Source: Chiloscyllium plagiosum (lineage: Eukaryota). From it: DNA of 64,000 nucleotides. The notes beneath the pieces are model-generated. The model had not been told where the DNA came from, ran no database searches, and was given only the letters and a program-made list of their open reading frames with translations. The stretch covers positions 6,439,327 to 6,503,326 of the forward strand of contig NC_057749.1 in assembly GCF_004010195.1 (NCBI RefSeq), written 5' to 3'. The position numbers were made by a program, and so were the translations under genes. This document shows, piece after piece, positions 12,741-26,370 of the stretch; positions within the stretch are counted from its first letter, which is position 1; each line of letters starts with the position of its first letter.

Positions 12741-14009
12741 ATATAGTAGCTCCTTAGTAAAGGAATATATATTTTTAATGTTCATTCATTGTGGGTGTCC
12801 CTGGTCAGGCTGTCATTTTCTCCCCAACCTTAAGTTAACACAACCAATAATTTGATATAAAAACAAAGTGCCAGAAATTCATATTGGACTCTCAACATTA
12901 ACTGTTTTTCCCTCTCCGCAACTGCTGTTAGACCTGCTGACTTTCTCCAACACCTACGTTTTTGTTTTTCTTTTAGATTTCCATCTTCCCAGGACATTAT
13001 CTCAAAATAAGGCGTCACCCATTTAAGACAAAGATGAGGAGGGATTTCTTCTTTCTGAGCCACGGAGTCATACAACATGGAAACAGAGCCTTCAGTCCAA
13101 CCAGTCCATGCTGAAAATGTTCCCAAACTAAACTATTCCCACCTGCTTGCACTTGACCCATGTCTCCCCCAAACCTTAAAAACCAAAACAACTGCAAATG
13201 CTGAAAATCAGAAACAAAAACAAAAATTGCTGGAAAAGCACACAGGGTCTGACAGCATCTGTGGAAAGAATGTAGAGTTAATGATTTGGGTCCAGTGGAC
13301 CCAAAACATTAACTCTGATTTCTCTCCATAGGTGCCACCAATCCTGCTGAGCTTTTCGAGCAATTTCTGTTTTTATTTTTGTTCCCCCCAAATATTTCCT
13401 ATTTATGAACTTATCCAAATACTTTTTGAATGTTATAGCTGTAGCTCCATCTCTGGCAGTTCATTCCACATGCGAACTACTCTCAGTAGGCAGGAAGATG
13501 TCCAAGAACTACCATGATCATATTGAATGACACAGCAGACTTGAGAGGCCATAGTGCCCACACCTGGTCCATTTCTTGAGAAATGAATGCCCTCAATGCT
13601 GGAATGTAAATTAGATGAAGTTGGTAGATTTTTGCTCGGCAAAGGGTGGGAACAGCGATAGCTAGATGAAGTTAAAGATCTTTATCATGATCTAATTGAG
13701 TGGTAGAACAAATGAAAGAGTTTGACTCAAACAAAGAGAATGATGGAGAAACTCAGCAGGCCTAGCAGCATCTATGGAGAGAGAAAGCATAGTCAGTGTT
13801 TCAGTATTACCTTTCTTCAGAAGTGGAGAAGGGCTAACAAAACACAACAAACAACGGAATTTGAGAGGTGGAAGAAATGCATGTACACAGTCCCGTATAG
13901 GTGGTAGGACAGGTGGATAAGAGTGTAAAAAGGTTTATGGGAAACTTTCCTTTACTGGGTGAGGTGTTAAACACAGAAACAGGGATATAATGGTGGAACT
14001 ATATAAAAA

Positions 14010-15180
14010 CATAGAACATTACAGCGCAATACAAGCCCTTCAGCCCTCAATGTTGTGCTGACCTGTGGAACCATTTTGTAGCCCATCTAACCTATACTAT
14101 TCCATTCTCGTCCATATACCTATCTGATGACCATTTTCATGCCTGTAAAGTTGGAAAGTCTACTACAGTTGTAGGCAGTGCATTCCACGCCCCTCCTACT
14201 CTCTGAGTAAAGAAACTACCTCTGACATCTGTCCTATATCTATCACCTCTCAATTTAAAGCTATGTCCCCTCATGCTAGCCTATCCATCTGATGAAAAAG
14301 GCTGTCACTGTCCACCCTGTCAAACCTCTGATTATCTTATATGTCTCAATTAAGTCACATTTCAATTCTTCTTCTCTCTGACGAAAACAGCCTCAAGTCC
14401 CTCAGCTTTTCCTTGTAAGACCTTCCCTCCATACCAGGCAACATCCTAGTAAATCTCTTCTGAGCCCTTTCCAAAGTTTCCACATCCTTCCTATAATGCA
14501 GTGACCAGCTGCAGCATGACCTCATGGTGTCGAAACCCAATTCCTCTCCTAATAAAAGTTAACACACCGTGTGCCTTCTTCACAACCCTATCAACCTGGG
14601 TGGCAATTTTCAAGATAACAGATTGTTTAGACCACAGCTGGAGTTTCGTGTGCAGTCCTAGTCACTGGAAGGATATAATTGTTCTGGAAAAAGTACAAAA
14701 GAGATTTACAAGAATGTACAAGTCTTGAAATTTGCAGATTGAGGAAAGGTTGGATAGACTGGGGCTGCTTTCCTCAGCACAGAGGAGGCTGAGGAGTTAT
14801 TTAATTGAGGTGTACAATATAAGAGGAGCCTGGATAGGTTGGTCAAGGAAGGCCTGTTTCCCCTAGTGGGGAGATCAATTACCAGCAGGCACAGATTGAC
14901 AGTGGTCGGTTGAAAAGTTAGAGAGGACATAAGAAAAAAAACTTTGTCACCTAGAGGGTGGTGGATGTCTGGAATTCACAGTCCAGTTGGTGACTGAGGC
15001 AAAAACCCCCAACTCATTTAAAAAGAATCTGAATCCGCCCCTGCAGCTCTGGAACATTCCAGGCTACAGACCAGGTGCTAGATGGTGGGAATTAGAATGG
15101 GCGGCTAGTTTATTCAGATGGGCACCACAATGGATTGAATGGATTTTCCTTGTTGTATTTCTTCTATGGTTTCTGTGGTA
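14010..15180. mobile_element. Two CR1 fragments: minus at about 14010-14610, inside an older plus-strand copy
   Basis: RKDVETLERAQKRFTRMLPGM on the minus strand; WKDIIVLEKVQKRFTRM on the plus strand. Confidence 0.8.
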
Positions 15181-15660
15181 ACATACCTTTCCTTTTTCAA
15201 AACCTGATGTGCATAAATAGTGTTTATCACTACATTTAGTTTGCATTTTTTCTCTTAGCTTTTCAGACTTACTAACGCTTGTCATTAAATCCAACATTAT
15301 AGCACACACAGGTTTGAGGGTGGCATGGTGGCACAGTGGTTAGCACTGCTGCCTCACAGCACCATGGACTTTGGTTCGATTCAGGTGACTGTGTGGAGTT
15401 TGCACATTCTCCTTGTCTCTGTTAGGATTTACTCCGGGTGCTCCAGTTTCCTCCTACAGTCCAAAGACATGTGGATTGGCCATGTTAAGTTGCCCTGTAC
15501 TGTTCAAATATTGTGCAGGCAAGGTGGATTAGACATGAGAATTGTAGGGATGGAGTGTGTGTGCACAGGATGTCCTTTGGAGGGTCAGTGCAGACTAGAG
15601 GGGTCAAACAGTTTCTTTCTGCACTGTAGAGATTTTATGTATTTGTACTTTTTTTTCAGA

Positions 15661-16545
15661 GAGTCATAGAGATGTACAGCACGGACACAAATCCTTCAAT
15701 TTAACCCATCCATGCTGACCAGATATCCCAACTCAATCTAGTCCCACCTGCCAGCACCTGGCCCATATCCCTCCAAACCCTTCCTATTCATATACCCATC
15801 CAAATGCCTCTTAAATCTTGCAATTGTACCAGCCTCCACCACATCCTCTGGCAGCTCATTCCATACACGTACCACCCTCTACGTGAAAAAGTTGCCCCTC
15901 AGATATAAAAGAGACCTAAGGGGCAACTTTTTCACACAGAGGGTGGTACGTGTATGGAATGAGCTGCCAGAGGAAGTGGTGGAGACTGGTACAATTGCAA
16001 CATTTAAGAGGCATTTGGATGGGTATATGAATAGGAAGGGTTTGGAGGGATATGGGCCGGGTGCTGGCAGGTGGGACTAGATTGAGTTGGAATATCTGGT
16101 CGGCATGGACAGGTTGGACCGAAGGGTCTGTTTCCATTCTGTACATCTCTATGACTCTATGCCCTCTAGTTCTGAATTCCCCCACCCCAGGGAAAAGATC
16201 TTGCCTATTTATCCTATCTATGCCCCTCATGATTTTATAAACCTCTATAAGGTCACCCCTCAGCCTCTGACGCTCCAGGGAAAACAGCCCTAGCCTATTC
16301 GGCCTCTCCCTTTAGTTCAAATCCTCCAACTTTGGCAACATTCTTGTAAATCTCTTTTGAACCCTTTTAAATTTCACAACATCTTTCCGATAGAAAGGAG
16401 ACCAGAATTGCACACAATATCCCAAAAGTGGATGAACCAATGTCTTGTACAGCCGCAACAGGACCTCCCAACTCCTGCATTCAATACTCTGACCAGTAAA
16501 GGAAAGCATCCCAAACGCCTTCTTCACTATCCTATTGACCTGCCA
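15661..16545 (-). mobile_element. CR1 3' fragment containing an inverted copy of its own 3' end (15903-16157, + strand)
   Basis: CR1 C-terminal peptides on both strands; two tails pointing outward. Confidence 0.9.
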
Positions 16546-16829
16546 CTCCACTCTCAAGAAGCTATGATATCTCAATGCACTTCACAATCAATCAATTATG
16601 TTTCGAAGAGTTGCAATAGATTCTTTGGGGTGGGAGTGTGGGGGGGTGGGGGGGTCAAAGGACATATTGCTAATTTGGAATTATCAGCAATGATCATAAT
16701 AAATGGCAGAGTAGGCTCAAAGACTGAATGACCTGCTCCTGTTCCTATTTCATCTTTATCTATTGTTTGTGGTGCACTCATTGCTGTTTTGACTGCAAAC
16801 CTAAAAATCAGTTTCAAAAACTGATTTCC

Positions 16830-18560
16830 AGGTTACAGAGATGGACCAAGTGAAGTTGAAGGAGGGGTGGAAAATGGAAGGGAAATAGACAAACCTTTCC
16901 AATTCCAAATGAGAGAGGGAAGCTGCACCTGTCATCAATGTACTGGAGAAAGAGTTGTTGGTGGGGGCTGGGGTAGGATGGAACAAGGAATGTTCCACAC
17001 ATCCCACTAAGAGCTGGGCAGAACTGGGGCCCATGCGGGAACCCATGGCCACATCTTTGACCTGAACAAAGTGAGACGAGTTAAAAGAGAAGTAGCACAA
17101 AGCGAGGGCGGGCTTGGCCAAGTGGCGGAGAGTGGTGGTAGGTAAGGATGGTTGAGGCCTTTTCTTCCAGGAGGAGGAAGAGAGCCCTGAGACCATCCTG
17201 GGGGGGGAATGGACGTGGAAAGGTATCGGACATCCATGGTAAAGAGGAAGCAAATGGAGCCTGCAAACTGGAAATTCTGAAACTGACGTTATAGTGTCAG
17301 AGGAATAGCGGGAGTAAGTGGGAAGGGACTGTACAAGTGGAGAAAGAAAATTGCATTGAGGTAGGAAGAGATGAGGTCTGTGGGTCAGGAGCAGGCAGAA
17401 ACAATGGGTCTGCCCGGGAAGTCATGTTTGTGGTTTTTGGGAAGGAGCTCAGGCTTGGGAGACTATAAACTTGGAGGCAGTGGAGCAGAGGTCACCAGAT
17501 GAAACCAGATTAGCGGCTGTTGTGGATGCAGTAGTCTGGTGTTCATGTCTGGGGTCATGATCCAGGGGAAACAGAAGGAGGTATCTGAGAGCTGGCACTC
17601 AGCCTCAGCAATGTTAAGGTCAGTCTGCCAGACAACAGCACCACCCTTATCAGCAGGCTTAATAACAAAGTCACAGTTGGATCTGAGAGCATAGAGTGTA
17701 GTTAGCTCAGAAGAAGATAGGTTCAATTAGTTAGGCGGCAGAGAAAGTGCAGTAAGGCAACATCAGCTCTCGATGAACAGATTGAGACCAGGTAAAAGGC
17801 GAGATGGAGGGGTCCAGGTGGAGGGAGAGTGTTGGAGCTGGGTGGAGGGATCTGTGGGATGGACTCTTGTCCAAAGAAATGCTCACGAAGGCTGAGGTGA
17901 CAGAAGGAATGTCCAACATCATGTCATACCGGAAATTCAGTGAGATGGGTGAGCAGAGGGACAAAACTAAAACCATTGCTGAGTAGAGAACATTCAGCAT
18001 CAGAGAGCAGAAGGTCAGAAGGAATAGTAAATATACAATGGGAGATGGGGCTCAGAGAGGGGATGGAATTAGAATGAAGAGATGGGGAGGGGGGAAGGTG
18101 GTTTCAGAGGGGCATGTGTATCTCTGATTTGTTACATTTTGTGCTCCTTAATGCCTGAAAGGAAAAGAAAACAAGTTTCTTGTTAGAAAATGGAATGGGC
18201 CGGAAGATGAAGTGGAACTGGGAGGCAGAGCAGGCCTGAGCCAGTGTGAGGCATAGCTGATGGAGAGGGGGGGTCCAGAGCGTACATATAGCAAATGCAC
18301 AGCACTGAGTGTGAATCTCAGGATGCAGTGAGAACAGCTCTCTGAGGAACACTGAACATCACGGAGATGCCTGTGATCCTGGGCAGATTCAAAACACGAA
18401 GGATGAAACTTCAGTTGGAATACACGTGGGTGTGAGTCTGAGCTCAGGCAGTCATTGAGAAATGAGATGTGGCTGTGAAAGTGAGTTTTGGCAAATGCCT
18501 CATCAAACACCAGAAGCAAAATGTAAGTAAGGACAGCGAACAAGATTAGAACATAAATCC
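16830..18560 (-). mobile_element. Degenerate Penelope-like retroelement (N-terminal region and RT fragment)
   Basis: Frameshifted ORF pieces with the Penelope motifs VIKPADKGGAVV, FSFNSSHFVQVKDVAMGSRMGPS and FLQYIDD. Confidence 0.88.
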
Positions 18561-19957
18561 TGCTGGACAGAGGAATAGAACTTCTTCAAGTTGAATTTAC
18601 CTGGAAGAGACGTGGCAGTGAGGGAAACACTAAATAAAAAAAAAACAAAGAACTATAGATACTGGAAATCAGAAACATGAACAGAAATTGCTGGAGAGTC
18701 TCCACATCTATAGAGAGAAAGTATAGCAATTTAGCAATCAAATTGTTTGAGCAATGCACAAGAAATTGCAATGCAATAGCTGAAGCAACATAGATTTTCC
18801 TGGTCTATAATCGTCCATTTCATGAAAGGGTAGGAGATGAAAAGAGAATAACATTTTGAGAAGGTTACAGGTTGTTTATTTCAGCCTTTCAAGATGTTAA
18901 TCAGTTCGGACAGTCTCTCTCCACTTACTCTATTACTCTAGTTCTTTGAAAGACTAGGGGTGCTTAGAAAATAGACCAGATCTTTCATCACGGAAATTAG
19001 GAAACATTTCAACACGCAAAGGATGGGACATGTCTCGAACTCTTTTGCAAAGGCAAGTCAATACTGGAATACAAAAACAGTGCTGGAGAGGCTCAGCTTT
19101 TTGGGTGACATCTGTGCAGAGAAAAGCAGAGAGCGAGCTTGTTATTTTTTTGCCGAAGTGACAAATGTGTTGAGGGTTACTTTCAGGATTTTTTTTCTGC
19201 CACAAGGCAGAAAGCAAGATGTCTCACCATGTCTTACTGAATCCACCTCATTAACTACCTATCTGCCCCTCTCACCCAATTCTAGCCCTATGCCATACCT
19301 GGATCACGCTCACTGGATCTCAAGGTCTTATATTGTTTCAAATGATGACTGCTCATTCTTCTGAACTCTAACGATTACATTCCTAACCTGTTCAATCCCC
19401 CCTCATAAGATAGGCCCAATTTTAGATATTTTCTAATCAACATACTAAGAGATGTTATTACACATATCTGGGGCAAGTAGGATTTGAGCCCGGTTTTAAC
19501 TCTGTGTTCATTTTTGATCTATAATATATAAATGGTGGGAGGGGCGGCACTGCTGTCAAACAGCATCAGGAACCCAGGTTTGATTCCAGCCTTGAGTGAC
19601 TGTGTGTAGAGTTGCACATTCTCCCAGCGTCTGCTAGAGTTTCCGTCAGACGCTCCGGTTTCCTCCCACAGTCCAAAGATGTGCAGGTTGGGTGGATTGG
19701 CCATGGCAAAATACAGGATTACAGAAATAGGGCGTGTGGGTGGATGAGTCTGGGTGGGATGCTCTTCAGAGAGTCAATGCAGACTCAATGGGCCAAATGG
19801 CCTGTTTCTGCGCTGTAGGGATTCCATAATTCTAGAAAGGAGGGAGGATTGAGATTCCATAGAATGTCACATAGTATGTGTTCTTTAACCTTACTGTGAA
19901 CTCTGTATTGTTGTAACTTTAACCAAGCACTGAAGATTGCTTCAGTGAAGATTGAGC

Positions 19958-20175
19958 AAAAGTGGGTACTGCAGATGCTGGAGATTAGAGTCAAAATTAG
20001 AGTGGTGCTGGAAAAGCAAGTCTGGCAGAATCCGAGAAGCAGGAAAATGAATGTTTCGGGCAAAAGCCTTTTATCAGGAATCCTGATGAAGGCCTTTTGC
20101 CTGAAACGTCGATTTTCCTGCTCCTCGGATGCTGCCAGACCTGCTGAGTTTTTCCAGCACCACACCCATCGACTG
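19958..20175. mobile_element. Palindromic Penelope-derived element
   Basis: Inverted arms centred near 20080; core ctgatgaaggccttttgcctgaaacgtc at about 20083-20110. Confidence 0.75.
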
Positions 20176-22538
20176 AGTCAGTCTCATCCATATTTATATG
20201 ACAGGAAATATTCCAGTGCTCCAAATACCAATATTTAAATAAAGGAATGTCAAGGCCCTTCCCATAGTTTCATCATCACCTCCACCTCATAATGAATAGA
20301 CTCACATATAAGTTTAGTTCATTGGAAAATTATGGATCATTTTATTAATGTTACGTTTTGGGTCTGCTGCCTCAAGACGCATTTTAGTGTGAATATCTTA
20401 CAGATCTACAGATAGTAAGCTCGCCATAATCCCAGAGGCTGGTAGTGGTTTAACCCAAGGGTCACCACATCTCAGGTGAGGGGAGATGTTGAGAAGGAGT
20501 GACCTTTATTGGAACGTTAGGAAGTTTGGAAACTGACCTTAGACTGTTGCCATCACTATGCTTTGCAAACCAGCTGTTCAAGCTAACTGATCTACTCACG
20601 ACACAGATAGGTGTCAGATTATAAACATGTATTGACATTGCTATTGTAAAGGACACTAATTCAAACTAGCACTAAGTCACCAAGGACAGTTGACTGAAAT
20701 ATAGTATTAGAAAAGTACTGGAAGCCATTCTTATACCCTTTTACTTTTTCAAGTCTCTGTGTCACTCAGGAAACAATGTAGCTATTGCATTTACAAAATC
20801 AGGAAGTGGGTAAAGGAAGCACAGAATGATTGCCTAAGAGACTGAAAGATAATCTCTCTTCGAAACAGCTTAGTTTTAGGACTCTGTATTGTCATAGCAC
20901 AGAATGGCAGGATATGTGTTGCTGAAACACAGGCACAGTAATAAGTATTTCAACTCCTTCAGCTAGATTGTAGACAATATATATCTTATCTTTATTGCTC
21001 TACGTTGTTTTCATAAAGCTGAATAACCTTTCCCAACAAATGTCTACTGATTTTGGCTTTGACATGTTCACTTGACACCTGCCAACACTCCTCTACTTGC
21101 TTCTTTTGGAACAGAGAGAATTGAAGCTTGCAATTTAAAACAAAATCTCAAAGTTAGCCAGTGCAGGTGTTGAAAAGAGCTTTTCACAGAGAGAAAGGAT
21201 TGCATCCTAACTTCTAGCAGCTGCTCCAGGGTATATTACTAAAGTATCTGACAGAAGCATCTGTGGAGGAGGGGAGAAATACTGTCCAACATGCGCGCGT
21301 GCACACACACACACACACTCATCTGGAGAAAGGTGAGTGCTTTATTCTTTTGTGGGGATGTGAATGTGTGAATGCTGGAGATCTGAAGTAAAAACAGAAA
21401 GCACAGAAGAAACTCAGCAGGTTTGGCAGTTTCTGTAGCGAGAGAAAAACAGTTGGCATTTCAAGTCCAGTATATGACCCCTTTTCAGAATTGAAAGTTA
21501 AAAATCTATCTGACGAAGAGTCACTGGACTCGAAACACTAACTCTGGTTTCTCCACCCACCGTCCCCCCCGCCCCCACCCCCAGCACAGGAAGGGTTAAG
21601 CCCAAAACATCAACTCTCTTGCTCCTCAGATGCTGTCTAACCTGTTGTGCTTTTTCCAGTGCCACACTTCAGCGACTCTGACTTCTCCCCTACAGATACT
21701 GCCAGACCTGCTGAATTTCATGAGCAATTTCTGCTTTTGTTAAAAATCTATCCTTTGGTAAACACTCAAAATTATACAGCATGGAAACAGTCCAACCAGT
21801 CCATGTTGAACATAATCCCAATCTAAACTAGTCCCACCTGACTGCTCCTGGCCCATATCCCTCCAAATGTTTCCAATTCACGTACTTATCCAATGTCTTC
21901 TAAATGTTGTAATTATACCACCATCCACCACTTCCTCAGGAAGTTCATTCCATACACAAACCATCCTCTGTGTAAAATATTTGCTCCTCAAGTCTTTTTT
22001 AAATCTCTCTCACCTTAAAAATGTATCACCTAGTCTTGAAATCCCCTAATGTAGGGAAAAGAGAACCACCATTACCCCCATTTATAACCCTCATCTTAAG
22101 ATAAAAGTCAGAATTTAGGTTTATTTGAGTTCCAGCAACACTTTGTGCCAAATTATGTTTGTTGTATGTGTCACGTATGTGTGGTTTAGCTTTTTTGACT
22201 AAAGGGATTTTCAGTCTTGGCAATATGCATCATAACTCACTTGGAATCACAATTTAGGTTTTGTCGACTGTGAGAGAATTGTGCTGACTCAGAAACAGCA
22301 CCAACCCCCATTCTGACCATGTGGAAAACTTTTCAAGTAACATAGCATGGTTAACTTTAAAAAGTTTGCTTTTGCTATTTAAATGGTTGAATGGGAGCCT
22401 GTTACAAAAAAAAGGTAATTCTAAAAAAGCCCTGCAATTGAAACACTCTGCAAAGTACAATTTTTAAAATGTGCCATTGTAAACTAGTGGCATAAGGAAT
22501 GGCTGTGCATACAATGAGCAGGACTAAGTGACCACTGT

Positions 22539-22761
22539 TGGAAATGTGTTGCTGGAAAAGCGCAGCAGGTCAGGCAGCATCCAGGGAACAGGAGAATCGA
22601 CGTTTCGGGCATAAGCCCTTCTTCAGGAATAAGCCCTGAAGAAGGGCTTATGCCCGAAACGTCGATTCTCCTGTTCCCTGGATGCTGCCTGACCTGTTGC
22701 GCTTTTCCAGCAACACATTTCCAGCTCTGATCTCCAGCATCTGCAGACCTCACTTTCTCCC
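22539..22761. mobile_element. Palindromic short Penelope-derived element with hammerhead core and 15-bp TSD
   Basis: 89-bp inverted arms (22539-22627 and 22635-22723, one mismatch). TSD CTAAGTGACCACTGT at 22524-22538 and 22762-22776. Core CTGAAGA-A-GGGC-TTAT-GCCC-GAAAC-GTC on both strands. Confidence 0.88.
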
Positions 22762-23311
22762 CTAAGTGACCACTGTGTATGCCCAATCCCATGAGGAAGA
22801 TTCGCAGTGTCAGAGGGACTGTATTTCAGTTTAAGATGCTGAACTGAAATCCTGGCCATAAACTGCTTGTCCAAAATGCTGGATGCTGATTAAGAAAATG
22901 AAGGGAGCTGTTCCTGGCCAACATTTGTCTCCCGAAGAAAAGATGATCTGAAAATCGTGCAGTACAGGCCATCTAGTCCATCATTCTCTGGACAGCTCTT
23001 TGCTCTTCACATTTCACCTTTTTAAGTCAAAATCTGATTCTCTTTTTGAAAAAGATTTTGCTTCTACCAGTTATTCATTTCCATGTTCCAGATCCCAACA
23101 GGCCATTCACTCACTAATATTCATTTATCTCATTTACCATCTGTTGAACTGTTATTTTGTTGGTAAAATTTAACTGTGACGGTAACACAAATCTAAATCA
23201 TTCCTTTGAAAAAAAATCTGATACATAAACCAAGTTCTCCTTCTTACCTCATTGTCAATTGCAAATGTTTATCTAGGCTTTGTGCAAATTGTCAAAGGCA
23301 AGAGATCATGA

Positions 23312-23850
23312 AATTCTGGTCTCCTTCCTATTGGAAAGATGTTGTGAAACTTGAAAAGGTTCAGAAAAGATTTACAAGGATGCTGCCAGGATTGGAGGAT
23401 TTGAGCTATAGGGAGAGGTTGAAGAGACTAGGGCTGTTTTCCCTGGAGCATTGGAGGCTGAGGGGTGACCTGATAGAGGTTTATAAAATTATGAGGGGCA
23501 TGGCTAGGATAAATTGACAAAGTCTTTTCCCTGGGGTGGGGGAGTCCAGAACTTGAGGCCATAGGTTTAGGGTGAGAGGAGAAAGATATAAAAGAGACCT
23601 AAGGGGCAACGTTTTCACGCAGAGGGTGGTACGTATATGGAATGAGCAGCCAGCGGAAGTGGCAGAGGCTGGTACAGTTGCAACTTTTAAAAGGCATCTT
23701 GATGGGTAAATGAATAGGAAGGGTTGGGAAGGATATGGACCAGGTGCTGGCAGGTGGAACTAGATTGGGTTGGGATATCTGCTCAGCATGGACGAGTTGG
23801 ACTGAAGAGTCTGTTTCCGTGCTGTACATCTCTATGACTCTATGACTCTA
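23312..23850 (+). mobile_element. CR1 LINE 3' fragment
   Basis: FWSPSYWKDVVKLEKVQKRFTRMLPGL; (ATGACTCT)n tail. Confidence 0.92.
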
Positions 23851-26370
23851 TTAGGAAATATGCAGCATTAGAATTTACTAATACATCCAAATCCTACCAA
23901 TGTACGTTTTAGAGTTGGTGTTTCACACCACGGCTTTTTAATGTCTTATAAAAGGGCATCAACCTGAAAATTCCAAATTTCTTTCTTTCCCAATGAATTG
24001 AACACAAAGATTTTGCTGGCACTTCAGTGCAGTACTGAGGGAGAGTCATACTATTGGAAGGGAGGATGGGGAGGTGATGGTCTGTCAATCCAGACAACAT
24101 CTGAGAGACATTGGTTTAAATCCCATCATAGCAGATGGTGGAATTTGAATTCAATAAAAATATCTGGAATTAGGAGTCGAATAATGACCATGAATCGATT
24201 GTCAAGGAAAAGCTCAGCTGGTTCACTAATGTCCTTTAGGGAAGGAAACCGCCATCTTTCCCTGCTCTGGCCTATGTGTGACTCCAGCCCACAGCAATGT
24301 GGTTGACTCTTAACCGCCCCCTGGGCAATAAATGCTGCCTGGTCAGTGCCACCCTCATCCTGTGAATGAGTAAGCAAAAAAAGCAGATGTTTCTTTTTGT
24401 ATGAGATGTGAAGCTGAGAGCCTGTCAGCTCTATTGGGCAAGTATGAAAGATTTTATTGCATTTATTGGACATGGTCAGAAGTTACATGACACCAGGTTA
24501 TAGTCCAACAGGTTTATTTAAAATCACAAGTTTTTGGAGTGCTGCTCCTTCACCAGAATAAACTTATTGGACTATAACCTGGCGTGACTTCGAAATTTGT
24601 CCACCCTAGTCCAACACCAGCACCTCCACATCATTGGAAGAAATACAGCAGACCTCCGGTCTCCTGGCCAGTAGTTACCTGGTCAGTCAAGACAAAAATA
24701 AAAGCAACAGATGATACAATTATAGAATCAGACAGTACAGAAAATGCTCTTCAGCCCATCAAGTCTGTACTATCATAAATACAGTACTAACTACAGCAGC
24801 CCCACTTTCCCACATCAGGCTCATCGCCTTGAACACTTTATATTTATTCAAGTACTTTAAGGTTGTGATTTTCTCATCAGTATCACATTTCTGTTCTGAA
24901 TAAAGGTCACTGAACTTGAAATGTAAACTCTGCTTTCCCTGCATAGATGCTGCCAGACGTGCTGAGTTTCTCCAGCAATTTATGTTTTTGTTTCAGATTT
25001 ACAGCAGTTCTTGGTTTTATTTTATTTCACACGTCTGTTCCTGGGATCTTGCTGTGCACAAATTGGCTGCCACGATTCCCAAAGCATGACTGCATGTCAA
25101 AAGCGCATCATCAGCCGCAAGATGCTTTGCGAGGTTTTGAGGATGTGACAGGGGCTGTACAAATGCACATCTTTGTCCTTCCACAGATGCTGCCGGAGCC
25201 GGCTATGACTCTTCCCTCGAGGAGGGGAGTGTTTCCAACTGTGCAGCCAATCTGAAATGTTCTGCGCATTAAAATAAGCAGGTTGCCCATGAGATCCCCA
25301 GTATGTCAGCAGAATTTCCAGTGTGGTGCAGAGTCCTGGCTTTTAAAGCGTAAGCTGCCCAAGCTAACATAAATCTCAGAGGAATTCACAGTCCACCCAG
25401 TATTCTAAAAATTTAGCAGAAACTTTACAGCCAGGATGTCGTGCAAGTATTCGGCAATTCCAGTGCATTTATGTCCATTGATTTCAGCAAGTGTTCAGAA
25501 GAATAAAAGGTTATCTTTGGAAATGAACGCTTGGAAAAGCACTTTGACATGCAAGCAGCTTAATTATTTCTCAGTCCCCTTATTCACACAAACCATTCTG
25601 GCATGAATAAGATGGAATCAATTCACATTGTTTGCCTCTCCTCACTCATTCCAGGCTCAAAGCATTGTCATTCCAAGGGAGATACACACCAAGGTCATCT
25701 TCAGGCTTCAAAGGAATCAATCCTCAGCTCGTGAGAACTGTGCGGCATCCATTGTTCTGTGTGCAAACATTGTGCATCAATTGGTGAAGGGAAACCCCCA
25801 ACTTGAGGAAAACTGATCCATTCTAATTTGTAAGGCCACCATCTTGTGCTTGGGGGAGGTGGCTGTGAGTGTGGGGACAGCAAACTATTCTCACAAAGGG
25901 TTACAGAAAGCGAGGAGAAAGTGAGGAGTGCAGACGCTGGGGGTGACGGGAGAGTCAGCGTTGAAAGTGTGGCGCTGGAAAAGCACAACAGGCCTGGCAG
26001 CATCTGAGGAGCAGGAGAGCTGAAGTAAAGCTAGTATGATGCAGCAGGTAATAAGGAAAGGAAATTGAATTTTGTTGTTTATTGGTAAAATAATAGAATA
26101 CCAGTGTAGGGAAATGTTGGTGCAACTATACAACCACACCCCAAGTATTGCATACAGTTTGGATCCCAGACTTGAGGAGCAATGTAGTTGCATTGGAGCC
26201 AGTTCAGAAGAGTCACTTGATTAACTCCAGAAAATGAGAGGCTTGTCTTATGAAGAGAGACAGAACAGTGTAGGCTAATACTCTCTGGGAATTTAGAAGA
26301 AGTTAGGATGTCTTTGAGTCCTAATTGACCAGCAGGCTGAGAATTGACTTAACATTCCCACAGGCAGGTA

